64,000 nucleotides of DNA from Steroidobacteraceae bacterium (GCA_025935615.1 JAICUY010000002.1:6605-70604); one strand, 5' to 3'. Positions 18,849 to 29,148 are shown, counted from the stretch's first letter. Program-made: numbers and translations. Notes: generated by a model not told the origin, from the letters alone.

Positions 18849-20097
18849 GGGCCACCGTCTCGCCGGAGCCGACACTGCGTCGTCGACGAAAGTCGCGCTC
18901 GACCACGCCGGGGTCGATGCGGCAGTTGCGCCCGACCCGTACGCCACGCGGCACGCGCGCCTGCTTGCCGACCAGCGAGAGGCCGGCGTACAGCCGCTCC
19001 GGCTCGTTGCGGTTCGGGCGCAGGTCATCCCCCTGGCCCACCACCGCACCCTCGCCGATGACGCACTCCTTGTCGACGATCGCGCGATCGAGCACCGCGT
19101 CCGGGCCAATCACCGAGTCGAACATGACGATCGAGTCGCGAACCACGGCGCCGGGACCGACGCGCACCCCGGGCGACAGGATGCTGTGCTCCACCGTTCC
19201 CTCGATCATGCAGCCGTGGCTGATCATGCTGCGCTGCACGCGCGCCTCGGCGGCGATCATGGCCGGCGCGCGCTCCTCGCTGCGGGTGTAGATCAGCCAG
19301 CCGCGGTCGTACAGGTCGATCTCGGGCTGGTCGCCGACCAGGTCGAGGTTCGCGGTCCAATAGCTTTCCACCGTGCCGACGTCCTGCCAGTAGCCGCCGT
19401 ACTCGTAGGCGAAGACGCGGCGCCCGGAGGCGACCATGTGCGGCAGCACGTCACGCCCGAAGTCGACCCGCTCGCTGGAGAGGATGTCGCGCAGGAACGG
19501 CCACGAGAAGACGTAGACGCCCATGCTGACCAGGTTCGACGGCGGGTTGGCCGGCTTCTCGATGAACTCGGTCACCCGTCCGTCGGGGTCGACCGTCAGG
19601 ATCCCGAACCGATGCGCCTCCTCGATCGGAACGGTCCGCACGGCACAGGTGACGTCGGCCTGCTTCTCGCGGTGCAGACCGATGAAGGGGCGGTAGTCCA
19701 TCTTGTACACGTGGTCGCCCGCCAGCACCAGGACGACCTCCGGATCGCGATCCGCGACGAAATCGAGATTCTGGAGCACCGCGTCGGCGGTGCCGCGATA
19801 CCAGTCGCGCGCCCGGCCGCGGCCGATGTACGGCTGAAGCAGGCTCACGCCGCCACGCGAGCGGTCAAGGTCCCACGGCCGGCCGACGCCGATGTGATCG
19901 ATCAGGGAGCGCGGCGCGTACTGCGTCAGGATGCCGACGTCGGTGAGGCCGGAATTGACGGTGTTGCTGAGGGCGAAGTCGATGATTCGGTACTTCCCGC
20001 CGAACGGGACGCCGGGCTTGGCGCGCACCTGGGACAGGATCGACAGCCGCTCACCCTCGCCACCGGCGAGGATCAGGGTCAGGACCGATGCGGGCAC
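18838..20097 (-). CDS. glgC: Glucose-1-phosphate adenylyltransferase
   Basis: GlgC hallmarks are present: LILAGGEGERLSILS, GTADAV, a C-terminal left-handed beta-helix region and FGGKYRIIDF. Confidence 0.9.
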   Translation of the reverse strand: MPASVLTLILAGGEGERLSILSQVRAKPGVPFGGKYRIIDFALSNTVNSGLTDVGILTQYAPRSLIDHIGVGRPWDLDRSRGGVSLLQPYIGRGRARDWYRGTADAVLQNLDFVADRDPEVVLVLAGDHVYKMDYRPFIGLHREKQADVTCAVRTVPIEEAHRFGILTVDPDGRVTEFIEKPANPPSNLVSMGVYVFSWPFLRDILSSERVDFGRDVLPHMVASGRRVFAYEYGGYWQDVGTVESYWTANLDLVGDQPEIDLYDRGWLIYTRSEERAPAMIAAEARVQRSMISHGCMIEGTVEHSILSPGVRVGPGAVVRDSIVMFDSVIGPDAVLDRAIVDKECVIGEGAVVGQGDDLRPNRNEPERLYAGLSLVGKQARVPRGVRVGRNCRIDPGVVERDFRRRRSVGSGETVAHGS

Positions 20098-20106
20098 GCC
20101 GCGATT

Positions 20107-22869
20107 CTAGCGGCGCCCGGTCCGCCTCCACAGGAGGCCGCCCGATGAGACGAGACCCAGGCTCAGCATGCCGAGCGGCACCATCCCGGTCTGCACGCTC
20201 TGGGTGACGTCGCGACTCGGTGGGCACGGCTTGCCGTGCTTCGGCTTGCAACTGGGCTGCGGCTTCGGCGTCGTGGGCGGCTCGCTGCCGCGGGGCTTGG
20301 GACCATCGGTGTGTCGCGGCTCTGGCGCAAGCCGGTTGCCGCAGATGGAGCCACCGAACCCGCTGTTGCCCGGTACCGGCGCGATCCGCAGGCGATAGGT
20401 GTCGAAATGCTCCTTGATCTCGTCCGGGTCGCCGACCGCGCCGGTTCTGCCGTTGACATAGCGATCGGCCCACTGCTGCGCCGAGTCGATCCACTCCTTC
20501 GGGCGCCGGGAGTCGTTGCGGACCTCCTGCACGATGTCGAAGCACCCGTTGGTGTGGACGTTGTCGGGCTCGGGTTCGGTGCCCTTCAAGAACGGAAGGT
20601 CGCGCGTCGGACCGCAGCTCGACGTGGCGCGCATGCCGCTGAACTGGCAGACCTTGACCATCTCGACGTCATCGGGGCGGTTGAAGTCGGTCTGCGGAAC
20701 CGGCTTGTGGTCGTTCCAGTCCCACTTGCGGTTGAGCGCCTCGGTCATGAAGTCGTGCCACAGGTAGAGCGGACCGTCGGCCGAGAAGAGCCCCTGGCCG
20801 AGAACGGTCGACATCGGCTCCTGATTGTTGTTGCCCATCCACACGCCGGTGACGAGGCTGTCGGGCACGTAGCCGAAGCCCGACACGTCGCGGAAATCGT
20901 TGGTCGTCCCGGTCTTGAATCCGGCGTGACGGCGCTGGCCATCACGATCGCGCAGCTCGGCGCGCGAGCCCCACACCACGTTCGTGTCGGGGTTGGTGTT
21001 GCCCTCGAGGATCCAGTGCATCAGGTACGCCTCGCCCTTGCTCAGCGGATGCGATGGATCGGCAAGGTGGTCGTCGAGCGAGTAGATGATCCGGTTGTCG
21101 CGATCGCGGATCTCACGGATCGTGGTCGCCGGATGCAGGACGCCCTGCTGGGCGAAGACGCCGTATGCCTGCGTCATGTTGGTCAGATTGACGGGCACCG
21201 AGCCGAGGGTCAGGGTCAGGCCGGGATCCTGGTCCGTGATGTACTTCGAGCTCGCGATGCCCATCTCCTCGGCGAAGCGGGCGGTGGTGTCCGTGCCGGC
21301 CAGGTACTGCATCATCACCGACGGCACGTTGAGCGAGTAGCGGATGGCGTCGGTCGCCAGCAGCGGCCCGTGGTCCTCGATGTCGGCGTTGGTCGGGATG
21401 TAGGCGGTCTGCGGCGTCGGTCCGAACTGCGTCGTGTTGTCGACGAAGAACGTGCCCGGCGTCGCCTCGCGCGCCTTGAAGGCCGAGCTGTAGGTGATCG
21501 GCTTGAAGGCGGAACCCGGCTGCCGGCGGCCGAGGCCGGCGACATCGAATTGCCCCTGAACGCGCGGGTCCTTGCGGTTGTAGTAGTCGACGCTGCCGAT
21601 GTAGGCGACGATCTCGCCGGTACGCGAGTCGATCGAGACGAGGGCACCGTTGTGAACGTTCTTGTCCTGCAGCGCCTTGACCCACTTCTCGACCTGCTCA
21701 TGCGCGACCTGCTGCAGCCCCATGTCGATGGTGGTGGTGATGCGCAGCCCACCGGTGCGGACCGCCTGCGCAGGATTCTTGTAGCCGAGCGATTCGAGGA
21801 TTCCCTCCGCCTCACGCCGCACGCGGAAGGTGAAGTGCGGCTCGCGCAGCGGGGTCGACGTGCGGCTGGGATCCATCTGTTTCCACGTCACCTTGCTCGC
21901 GTCGTCGTACTGCGCCTTGGTGATGTAGCCGTCGTCCAGCATCCGCTGCAGGACCTGGTCGCGGCGCTGCATGGCCCGATCCGGACCGTGATCATTGAGG
22001 TACGGGTCGTAGGTGCCGGGCGCCTGCGGCAAGCCCGCCAGGAAGGCGGCCTGGCTGAGCGATAGTTCGCCCAGATCGGTGATTCCGAAATAGTTGGCGG
22101 CCGCGGCCTTGATGCCGTACGAGCCGTTGCCGTAGTTGATGAGGTTCAGGTAGGTGGCGAGGATCTTCTCCTTCCCCTCGCGGCCGGGATAGGCCTCGGT
22201 GACCTTGGTGGCCATGATCTGCTCGCGGATCTTGTCCTCGAACGAGCGACCGGCGAGGAAGGTCAGCTCCGGCGGCTTGCAGACGTCCGTCTCGCTCTCA
22301 TTTTCGGCGGCGTTGGGATCGAGCTCGGCTGATGGCGCCGGCGCACCACTGGCCAGCGCTCCGGATTGCTCCTGCTGAATCGATCCGGCGTACTTGATGA
22401 CCTGCTGCGTGATGGTCGACGCGCCCTGGACGATCTCGCCGGCCTCCAGGTTGGCCACGATGGCACGCCCGACGCCCTGGATGTCGACACCATTGTTCGT
22501 CCAGAACGTCCGGTCCTCAATGGCGACCGTCGCATTCACGACGTCCTCGGGGATCTGGTCGAAGGTGACCGACTCCCGGTTCTGGCACTCGAAGCGGGCC
22601 AGCAGGGTCTTGCCGGTGCGGTCGTAGACATAGCTCGACTGCGGCAGGTCGACGTTGTCGAGGATGCGCGGGTCGGGCAGGCTGGCGGCGAAATAGTTGT
22701 AGGCCGCGAACATGCCGCCGGCGGTGCCGGCCAGCGACCCGCCGATCATGAGGCCGATCGCGGCCAGCGTGCCGAGCAGGAAGGTGGCGAGCCCGCGGCG
22801 CGGTGCCCGCCGCTGGGTGGTCCGACGCAGCATCAGACGATGCCGGCGCCGTTGCATGGCCGGATGCAT
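20107..22869 (-). CDS. Class A penicillin-binding protein (bifunctional GT51 transglycosylase / transpeptidase) with a C-terminal extension
   Basis: GT51 motifs EDRTFWTNNGVD and TITQQ are present, as are the transpeptidase motifs SAFKP, SLN (RYSLNVPS) and KTGTT. There is an N-terminal TM segment and a long Pro-rich C-terminal tail ending in a second TM-like segment. Confidence 0.9.
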   Translation of the reverse strand: MHPAMQRRRHRLMLRRTTQRRAPRRGLATFLLGTLAAIGLMIGGSLAGTAGGMFAAYNYFAASLPDPRILDNVDLPQSSYVYDRTGKTLLARFECQNRESVTFDQIPEDVVNATVAIEDRTFWTNNGVDIQGVGRAIVANLEAGEIVQGASTITQQVIKYAGSIQQEQSGALASGAPAPSAELDPNAAENESETDVCKPPELTFLAGRSFEDKIREQIMATKVTEAYPGREGKEKILATYLNLINYGNGSYGIKAAAANYFGITDLGELSLSQAAFLAGLPQAPGTYDPYLNDHGPDRAMQRRDQVLQRMLDDGYITKAQYDDASKVTWKQMDPSRTSTPLREPHFTFRVRREAEGILESLGYKNPAQAVRTGGLRITTTIDMGLQQVAHEQVEKWVKALQDKNVHNGALVSIDSRTGEIVAYIGSVDYYNRKDPRVQGQFDVAGLGRRQPGSAFKPITYSSAFKAREATPGTFFVDNTTQFGPTPQTAYIPTNADIEDHGPLLATDAIRYSLNVPSVMMQYLAGTDTTARFAEEMGIASSKYITDQDPGLTLTLGSVPVNLTNMTQAYGVFAQQGVLHPATTIREIRDRDNRIIYSLDDHLADPSHPLSKGEAYLMHWILEGNTNPDTNVVWGSRAELRDRDGQRRHAGFKTGTTNDFRDVSGFGYVPDSLVTGVWMGNNNQEPMSTVLGQGLFSADGPLYLWHDFMTEALNRKWDWNDHKPVPQTDFNRPDDVEMVKVCQFSGMRATSSCGPTRDLPFLKGTEPEPDNVHTNGCFDIVQEVRNDSRRPKEWIDSAQQWADRYVNGRTGAVGDPDEIKEHFDTYRLRIAPVPGNSGFGGSICGNRLAPEPRHTDGPKPRGSEPPTTPKPQPSCKPKHGKPCPPSRDVTQSVQTGMVPLGMLSLGLVSSGGLLWRRTGRR

Positions 22870-22946
22870 CGGGCGCTACGGTAGCAGCCGGTGGGCCAGC
22901 GGTCGAATCGGAGGGCGAGCCGCGCGCTTGCGCGCTCCCCGGATGA

Positions 22947-24275
22947 CTAGGGCAGGTAGTCGCGCGGGTTGACGGCTCCGTCGTCGAACATCACCTGCAG
23001 GTGCAGGTGGCATCCGGTCGCCATGCCGGTCGCACCCTCGTAGCCGAGCAGCTGGCCGGCCTTCACCTTCTGTCCGACGCTGACGATCTCGCGCGACATG
23101 TGCCAGTACCAGCTCTGCAGCCGTTGGGAGTGGCCGACGACGACGCCGATCGCGGTGTCGCCCGGGGCCGCCGGATGGCCGTCGGCCAGGACCACGCCGT
23201 CCGCGACCGCGTAGATCGGCGACCCGCATCCGGACGCCATGTCGAGGCCAGTGTGGAAGTGACGGTAATAGACGCCCTCGTAGGTGTACGGCGGCTCGAG
23301 CTTGAACCTGGTCGGTCCGAACTCCTGGGTGACCACGACGTGGCCGCGCTCCGGCCAGGCAAACCGACCATGGAAGGCGATGTCGAGCTTGGCGGCCTGC
23401 TTCTTGAGCCGCCGCACCAGGGCGCGCTGGGCGTCGAGCGCCTCCTGGTAGCGCCGCACGAGGCGGCGCTGCTGCTTGGCATTGTCGGCGGTACGCGCAA
23501 GCTGTCTCTCCTGGGCGCGCTTCAGATGGCGCAGCTCGGCGCGCTTGGCGTCGAGGAGGCGCTTGGCGGCCGCGACCTGCTCCTGCTGCGCGTCGAGCTC
23601 GGCTTCGCGCTGCGCCGTGGCGTCGCGCAGGTCGCGGAGCGTTTCGCGTCCTTCGCGCAGGGTCTGCTCCTTGATCTCGAGCCGTTCGCGGGCGAGCTTG
23701 ATCTCCTCCGCCAGCCGCGCGTCCTCGTCGGACAGCGTCAGCATGAAGCCGAGGTGGTTCGTGGCGTCGCTGAGGGAATCGGTCGAGAGCAGCACCTCGA
23801 GCAGCGAGGTCTGGCTCTGCTCGTAGGCGGCTCGCAGGTGGTCCTGCAGCAGCGCCTGCCGGTTGGCCAGGTCGACCTTGGACTGCTCGATGCCGGCAGC
23901 CACATCCTTGAGATCCGACTCGAGCGTGTCGATGCGGTGCTCGTAGTCGTGCAGGTCGCGGCGCGCCTGCTTGAGGTTCGTCGTCAACCGGTCCAGCCGC
24001 CGAGCGGTGCGATTGATCTGGGTGCCGACGCTGTCCAGGTCGCCGCTGATCTGCGCCAGGCTGCTCGTCAGCACCGCGGCGCTGCGGCGCAGCGCTGCCA
24101 GCGCGGCTCGGTGTGCGGCCAGCGCCGACTCCATCTGCTGCTGCTGAGCGATGGCCTCGTTGACGTCCGGGTCATCGGCCGAAACGGGACGACTGCCCGC
24201 GCCCGTGAAGACGAGCGCGGTGAGGAGAAGCGCGGAGGTGAGCGTCGCAAGGCGGCGCCGGGACTCAGTCGACAT
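22947..24275 (-). CDS. M23 family peptidoglycan DD-metalloendopeptidase with N-terminal coiled-coil (EnvC-like)
   Basis: The protein has a signal peptide and about 250 aa of Gln/Ala/Arg-rich coiled coil. The C-terminal LytM domain carries HTGLD and HLHLQV motifs. Confidence 0.85.
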   Translation of the reverse strand: MSTESRRRLATLTSALLLTALVFTGAGSRPVSADDPDVNEAIAQQQQMESALAAHRAALAALRRSAAVLTSSLAQISGDLDSVGTQINRTARRLDRLTTNLKQARRDLHDYEHRIDTLESDLKDVAAGIEQSKVDLANRQALLQDHLRAAYEQSQTSLLEVLLSTDSLSDATNHLGFMLTLSDEDARLAEEIKLARERLEIKEQTLREGRETLRDLRDATAQREAELDAQQEQVAAAKRLLDAKRAELRHLKRAQERQLARTADNAKQQRRLVRRYQEALDAQRALVRRLKKQAAKLDIAFHGRFAWPERGHVVVTQEFGPTRFKLEPPYTYEGVYYRHFHTGLDMASGCGSPIYAVADGVVLADGHPAAPGDTAIGVVVGHSQRLQSWYWHMSREIVSVGQKVKAGQLLGYEGATGMATGCHLHLQVMFDDGAVNPRDYLP

Positions 24276-24374
24276 GAGCTCCTGGTCGAGAGGCGAGCAG
24301 ACGATTGGGCGTCGCGCGGCGGAAGCTGCGCGGCTCGGAATGGACGCTCGTGGCGGAGCGCCCGCGACAGGATA

Positions 24375-25115
24375 TCACCATCGCAGCAGGCTTCCCAGCA
24401 TGGCGACTCCACCGCCAAGCAGGTGCGGCTCGCGCAGCAGGGTGACCACCGCTCCGGCGACCAGGAACGGGCCGAACGGGATGTAGCTCTTGAGGCCTGC
24501 GCGACGCGAGACGAGCAGCGCCACGCCCGCCAGCGCGGCGAGAAGGCCGGCGACGAAGATGGCGATGAAGATCGACGGCCACCCCAGCAGCAGGCCAAGC
24601 GGCGCGATCAGGTACAGGTCGCCGAGCGCCACCCCACCCCGCACCAGCAGGCCGAGCAGGCCCAGGAATCCGACCGCCGCGGCTCCGCCCAGCACCGCGT
24701 CGGTGACGCTCACGCTCGGGTTGAAGGGCACGAACAGAATCGAGGCCAGGATGAGCGGGTCGAGCAGGACATGCGGCAGGCGGCGCTGCTCGAGGTCCGT
24801 CGCCGACAGCACGATGAGGATGGCGAGGAAGCCGAGGTAGGCGGCGGTGGCCCATGGCGGCAGCTGCGACCGCGAGACGAGCGCAGCCGCAGCAACGCCG
24901 GAGACCGCAGCGAGCAGCAGCGTCCGCGGACCGGGCCGGCGGCGGCTCGGCTCATCGGCCGGCCACACGCTGGCAACCCGCTCGGCTGCAGCGCCGAAGG
25001 CGGCAAAGGCGAACCCTACGGCGATCACGACGGGCACTCGGCCTGCTTCTCCCTGTGGACATCGGTGCGGAGCGGCACCGCGCCACATCCTACTCAATGC
25101 GGCCCGGCCGACCAT
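24375..25115 (-). CDS. A24 family prepilin peptidase-like membrane protein
   Basis: The C-terminal region GGVALGDLYLIAPLGLLLGW...IPFGPFLVAGA is typical of type IV prepilin peptidases. I chose the start at ATG 25115. The 303-aa track ORF has an implausible N-terminus. Confidence 0.55.
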   Translation of the reverse strand: MVGRAALSRMWRGAAPHRCPQGEAGRVPVVIAVGFAFAAFGAAAERVASVWPADEPSRRRPGPRTLLLAAVSGVAAAALVSRSQLPPWATAAYLGFLAILIVLSATDLEQRRLPHVLLDPLILASILFVPFNPSVSVTDAVLGGAAAVGFLGLLGLLVRGGVALGDLYLIAPLGLLLGWPSIFIAIFVAGLLAALAGVALLVSRRAGLKSYIPFGPFLVAGAVVTLLREPHLLGGGVAMLGSLLRW

Positions 25116-25206
25116 GGGCCGATCGTCCTGCCGCCACGTCTGGCACGCCTCGTGCGTTCCTGCGCTCGGCGACCGAACGGTCGCACGTACGTGGAGGAAC
25201 AGCTCG

Positions 25207-25395
25207 ATGGACAAGGATCGCATCGAAGGAAACATCAAGCAGGGTTGGGGCAAGGCCGAGGAGGCCGTGGGCGACGCCACCGACAACCCCGAGACCGAGG
25301 CCGAGGGTCAGCAGGACCAGGCCGAGGGTTCGCTCCAGGAGGGCTGGGGCAAGGTCAAGGACGCCGGCCGCGATCTCGTCGACGACGACGCCTGA
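25207..25395 (+). CDS. CsbD-like general stress protein (62 aa)
   Basis: The sequence MDKDRIEGNIKQGWGKAEEAVGDATDNPETEAEGQQDQAEGSLQEGWGKVKDAGRD shows the CsbD repeat pattern. A GGAGG Shine-Dalgarno lies 8 nt upstream. Confidence 0.6.
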   Translation: MDKDRIEGNIKQGWGKAEEAVGDATDNPETEAEGQQDQAEGSLQEGWGKVKDAGRDLVDDDA

Positions 25396-25450
25396 TCCTC
25401 GACCTGCCGACAGGACCGATGCGGGCGCCGGCCATGCCGGCGCCCGTTCG

Positions 25451-26944
25451 TCATGCTCGGGGCTTCGGCCCCGCGGCGTAATCCATGGCCAGACGGGCAA
25501 GGGTCGTCACGCCGGTGCCGACGCAGCCCTTCGGGCTCCACGCCTTGTCCGCGGTGAGGTACGCCGTGCCCGCGATGTCGACGTGGACCCACGGCTTGGT
25601 CACGAACTCGTGCAGGAAGATGGCGCTCTTGATCAGTGATCCGTCACGCGTGCCCGAGTTCTTGATATCGGCATGCGGCGTGTCGAGCGACGGCCGGTAT
25701 TCGGTGGCCAGCGGCATCTCCCAGAACCACTCCCCGGTGGCATCGGCGGCGGCCTGGATCTCGGTCCCCCATTCGCGCGGCTTGCAGAAGTAGGCGCTGA
25801 TCAGCTCGCCGAAGGCGACGGCACAGGCTCCGGTCAGCGTCGCGATGTCGACGAGGTGGGTCGCTCCCTGGGTCTCGGCCCAGTGCAGCGCATCGGCCAG
25901 GATCAGCCGGCCTTCGGCGTCCGTGTTGATGACCTCGACGGTGCGGCCGTTCATGGCCTTGACCACGTCGCCCGGCCGCTGGGCGTTGCCACCCGGCATG
26001 TTCTCGACCATCGGCGCGACCGCCATGAGCGGAGTGTCCGGTGCCAGTCGCGCGACCGCGCGGGCCGCGGCGATGACGGCCGCGGCGCCCGACTTGTCGT
26101 GCTTCATCTCCTCCATGCGGTCGGCCGGCTTGATGCTGATGCCGCCGGAGTCGAAGCAGACGCCCTTGCCGACGATCGCCAGCCGGCGGTCGTCGGATGC
26201 CTTGTCCCAGCCCGGCAGCTTGATGGCGATCAGCCGCGGGTCGTGGGTCGCTCCCTGCCCGACCCCCAGCAGCGATCCCATGCCGAGCGCGCGCATCTCG
26301 TCCGGATCAAGCACCGCGACGCTGCAGCCGTCCTCCTCGAGGGTTCGGGCGACCTCCGCCATCTTCTCGGGATAGAGGTCGTTCGAGGCACGGTTGGCGA
26401 GCGTCCTCCCCCACTCGACCGCATCGGCCAGGATGTCTGACCGATCCAGGAGCTGCTGGCCGCCCGGCACGTCGAGGAATACGATCTCGCCGACGCTGCG
26501 CTTCATGGCATCGGTATCACGCACGCGCCCGTAGACGTCCATCGGCCGGTAGGTGCCCTGCCGTGCGCCGACGACGGCGGCGCTGAAGGCGTCTTCGTCC
26601 TCCCCATCGCGCAGCCAGAGCGCCATGCGCTCGACACCGTGTCCCTGCAGCCGCCGGGTGGCGGTGGCCGCGATGCGACGAGCGCGCCAGGCGCCACGCC
26701 CGCGACGGACGCCATTGACCAGCAGGATGCGCGATACCGCCAGCGAGCCGCCATCCACGAGTGCGGTGTAGTGCTCCAGGATGTTGAACTCGCCCCACTC
26801 GATCGCCTCGGCGATGACCCCGCCGGCGGCGGCATCCAGCTTGGCGAGGTCGCCGCTCAGGGGAATGTCGTCCTTGTAGATGGGTACCGCCAGCACATCG
26901 GCCTGGACCGAAGCCGGATCGGACTGTTCCGCGCGCACGCGCAT
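25451..26944 (-). CDS. pepA: Leucyl aminopeptidase (M17)
   Basis: The M17 signature NTDAEGRLILADAL is present, along with a C-terminal catalytic domain and an N-terminal M17_N domain. Confidence 0.9.
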   Translation of the reverse strand: MRVRAEQSDPASVQADVLAVPIYKDDIPLSGDLAKLDAAAGGVIAEAIEWGEFNILEHYTALVDGGSLAVSRILLVNGVRRGRGAWRARRIAATATRRLQGHGVERMALWLRDGEDEDAFSAAVVGARQGTYRPMDVYGRVRDTDAMKRSVGEIVFLDVPGGQQLLDRSDILADAVEWGRTLANRASNDLYPEKMAEVARTLEEDGCSVAVLDPDEMRALGMGSLLGVGQGATHDPRLIAIKLPGWDKASDDRRLAIVGKGVCFDSGGISIKPADRMEEMKHDKSGAAAVIAAARAVARLAPDTPLMAVAPMVENMPGGNAQRPGDVVKAMNGRTVEVINTDAEGRLILADALHWAETQGATHLVDIATLTGACAVAFGELISAYFCKPREWGTEIQAAADATGEWFWEMPLATEYRPSLDTPHADIKNSGTRDGSLIKSAIFLHEFVTKPWVHVDIAGTAYLTADKAWSPKGCVGTGVTTLARLAMDYAAGPKPRA

Positions 26945-27028
26945 GCAGCTGCTCTCCTTATGTCTCCCATGGGACCGATGCGGCGGCGCAGCGGCGCCGC
27001 CGATCGTTGACAGAGTACAGGACCGCCT

Positions 27029-28258
27029 TCAGTCGAACGGGCGGTAGGCGTACATCGTGAAGCGGCTGCCCTGCTCGACGACCTGGCCGGCGGCAGGCTC
27101 CTGGTCATAGATGCCGGCCGGGTGCGCATCGGTCTCCTGCCAGCGGATCGTCCAGCTCAAGTTCGCCCGCCGAGCCGCCGCTTCACCGTCCGCCTCGCTC
27201 AGGCCGACCGTATTCGGCACCCGAACCGTACCGGGACGCAGCGTCGGCGACGGTGCCGGCGTCGGCGAGCGCCTGCCCCGGCCGTCGTCGCCGGTGCCCA
27301 GGCCGATCGCCACGACGGCGACCACGGCTGCGGCCACGACCAGCATCGCCAGCAGTGGCAGCCACGAGCGCCGGCCAGGCGATCGGGCCGGAGCGACGGC
27401 TGCCACCACCGGCTCGGTCGACGGCTGCGCGTCGCGCAGCGTGCCCCGCAGCGCTCGCGACATCGCTTGGGCGCTCTGGAAGCGCCGCGCCGGCACCGGG
27501 TCGATGGCCTGGACGACCGCCGCGTCGAGCGCCGGAGAGACACCCGCCACGAGCGCGGAAGGCGGCAGCGGTCGAGCCGCCTCCTCGGCGGCCAGCACCG
27601 TCTCGGGATCGTTCCCCGGATACGGCACACGACCGGTGAGCCCGGCGTACAGGATCGCACCGGCCGCGAACAGGTCGCTGGCCGGGGTCAGCGGCTCGCC
27701 ACGCAGCTGCTCCGGCGGCATCGCGTGCAGCGAGCCGATGGTCGTCTCGCCGGCCGGCTCGCCTTCGGGCGCCCGTGCGATGCCGAAGTCGATCAGCTTG
27801 GCCGGCCCGGGTCCCATCATCACGTTGCCGGGCTTGACATCGCAATGGATGAGGCCGTGGGAATGGACCGCTGCCAGCCCGGCCAGCAACTGCTCGCTCA
27901 GCCGCAGCGCGTCGTCGACGCCCAAGGGACCCTCCCGCTCGAGGATCGCGCGGAGCGAGCGATACCCTTCGAGGAGCTCCATGACGATGAACCGCAGCTC
28001 GCCGTCGGTCCCGGTGTCGTAGACGTGGATCAGGTTCGGATGGGACAGGCCGGCAACCGCACGAGCCTCGGCCAGGAAGCGGTCGGCGAACGCGGGGTCG
28101 CTCGCATACGCCGGCGCCAGGACCTTGAGCGCCACATCGCGCTCGAGCCGCAGGTCGCGCGCACGATAGACGGTGGACATCCCGCCGGCGGCGACGATCG
28201 CGTCGATCCGATAGCGGTCGCCGACGATGCGACCAATGAGGCCAGGCGACGCGCTCAC
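27029..28258 (-). CDS. Ser/Thr protein kinase with TM segment and a single C-terminal PASTA domain. The catalytic loop is non-RD (HCD).
   Basis: The Gly-loop region IVGDRYRIDAIVAAGGMSTVYRA, the catalytic loop LIHCDVKPGN and DFG (LIDFGIA) are present. The TM segment WLPLLAMLVVAAAVVAVVAIGL is followed by a PASTA domain. The GTG start overlaps the upstream gene's TGA stop (GTGA). Confidence 0.85.
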   Translation of the reverse strand: MSASPGLIGRIVGDRYRIDAIVAAGGMSTVYRARDLRLERDVALKVLAPAYASDPAFADRFLAEARAVAGLSHPNLIHVYDTGTDGELRFIVMELLEGYRSLRAILEREGPLGVDDALRLSEQLLAGLAAVHSHGLIHCDVKPGNVMMGPGPAKLIDFGIARAPEGEPAGETTIGSLHAMPPEQLRGEPLTPASDLFAAGAILYAGLTGRVPYPGNDPETVLAAEEAARPLPPSALVAGVSPALDAAVVQAIDPVPARRFQSAQAMSRALRGTLRDAQPSTEPVVAAVAPARSPGRRSWLPLLAMLVVAAAVVAVVAIGLGTGDDGRGRRSPTPAPSPTLRPGTVRVPNTVGLSEADGEAAARRANLSWTIRWQETDAHPAGIYDQEPAAGQVVEQGSRFTMYAYRPFD

Positions 28259-29148
28259 GGCTGGTCCCCGCCGAGCAGCGGCGCCACCTCGTCGCGCGCG
28301 CTGGTCACCTTGGCCACCAGGTCGGCCAGCCGCGCCAGCGCCGGTTGAGCGACCGCCCCGCCCCCCTCGGAGAGTGCGATCGCCAGGGCCCGATCCGCCC
28401 GGCTCGCCTGCCGCGCGGCGCGGCGGTAGGCCGCCAGTCCCTCCCGCTCGCCACGCGCATCGCCGTCGACACGAGCGGCCACGACCTCGCGCAGCGCGCC
28501 GAGCAGCCGATCGATGGTCCGTGTCCAGAACGGCAGCGTGGCAAGCGCACCGGGCCACGCCCGCACCTCGGCCAGGGAGGTCGCCGCCTCGTCGAGTGCC
28601 TCGCTCGCCATCGATCGATCGTCCCGGGTGACGGCCGCCAGCGCTCGGCGCAGCTCATCGAGGACCGAGCGGCTGGCGTGGCGCATCTCCGCGAACGCGT
28701 CGGCCGCCTCGGCCGTGTCGCGCAGCTGTGCGGCGATCGACGAGAGATCCGCGCCTGCCACGAGCAGCCGCGGCGGGTCGTTATCGCTGCCGATGGCCAG
28801 CATGCCGGCGACGCGCACCAGCCGCCGGGCAGCGTCATCGGCTGTCGGGCCGGCGGCGACGAGCCGGTCCGCCGCGGCGCGGAACGCCTCGGACGGCGCG
28901 GCGTCTCCGCTCACCGTGGCCGCGGCCCCGTCCCGTGCGGCGTCGAGCGCCCGATCGACGGCTGCCGCCAGGTCGGCGAGCGTCGTGTCCGCAGCCCGTG
29001 CCGTATCGGCCAGCTCGGCGCGATAGGCAACGCTGGTGGCGGGGCCGCGATCACTGGAGCCCATTCCCAGCAGCGTGCCCAGGGCCAGGGCGCCGGCAAC
29101 GCCGAGCGCGACCCCTGCGCCGGACGGCAGCCGCCGGACCCGTATCAT
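28255..29148 (-). CDS. Membrane-anchored Ala/Asp/Arg-rich helical protein, translationally coupled to the PASTA kinase
   Basis: The ATG at 29148 gives MIRVRRLPSGAGVALGVAGALALGTLLGM (basic N-terminus plus hydrophobic anchor). This is followed by about 260 aa of low-complexity helical sequence. The 499-aa track ORF extends antisense into the add gene. Confidence 0.45.
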   Translation of the reverse strand: MIRVRRLPSGAGVALGVAGALALGTLLGMGSSDRGPATSVAYRAELADTARAADTTLADLAAAVDRALDAARDGAAATVSGDAAPSEAFRAAADRLVAAGPTADDAARRLVRVAGMLAIGSDNDPPRLLVAGADLSSIAAQLRDTAEAADAFAEMRHASRSVLDELRRALAAVTRDDRSMASEALDEAATSLAEVRAWPGALATLPFWTRTIDRLLGALREVVAARVDGDARGEREGLAAYRRAARQASRADRALAIALSEGGGAVAQPALARLADLVAKVTSARDEVAPLLGGDQP

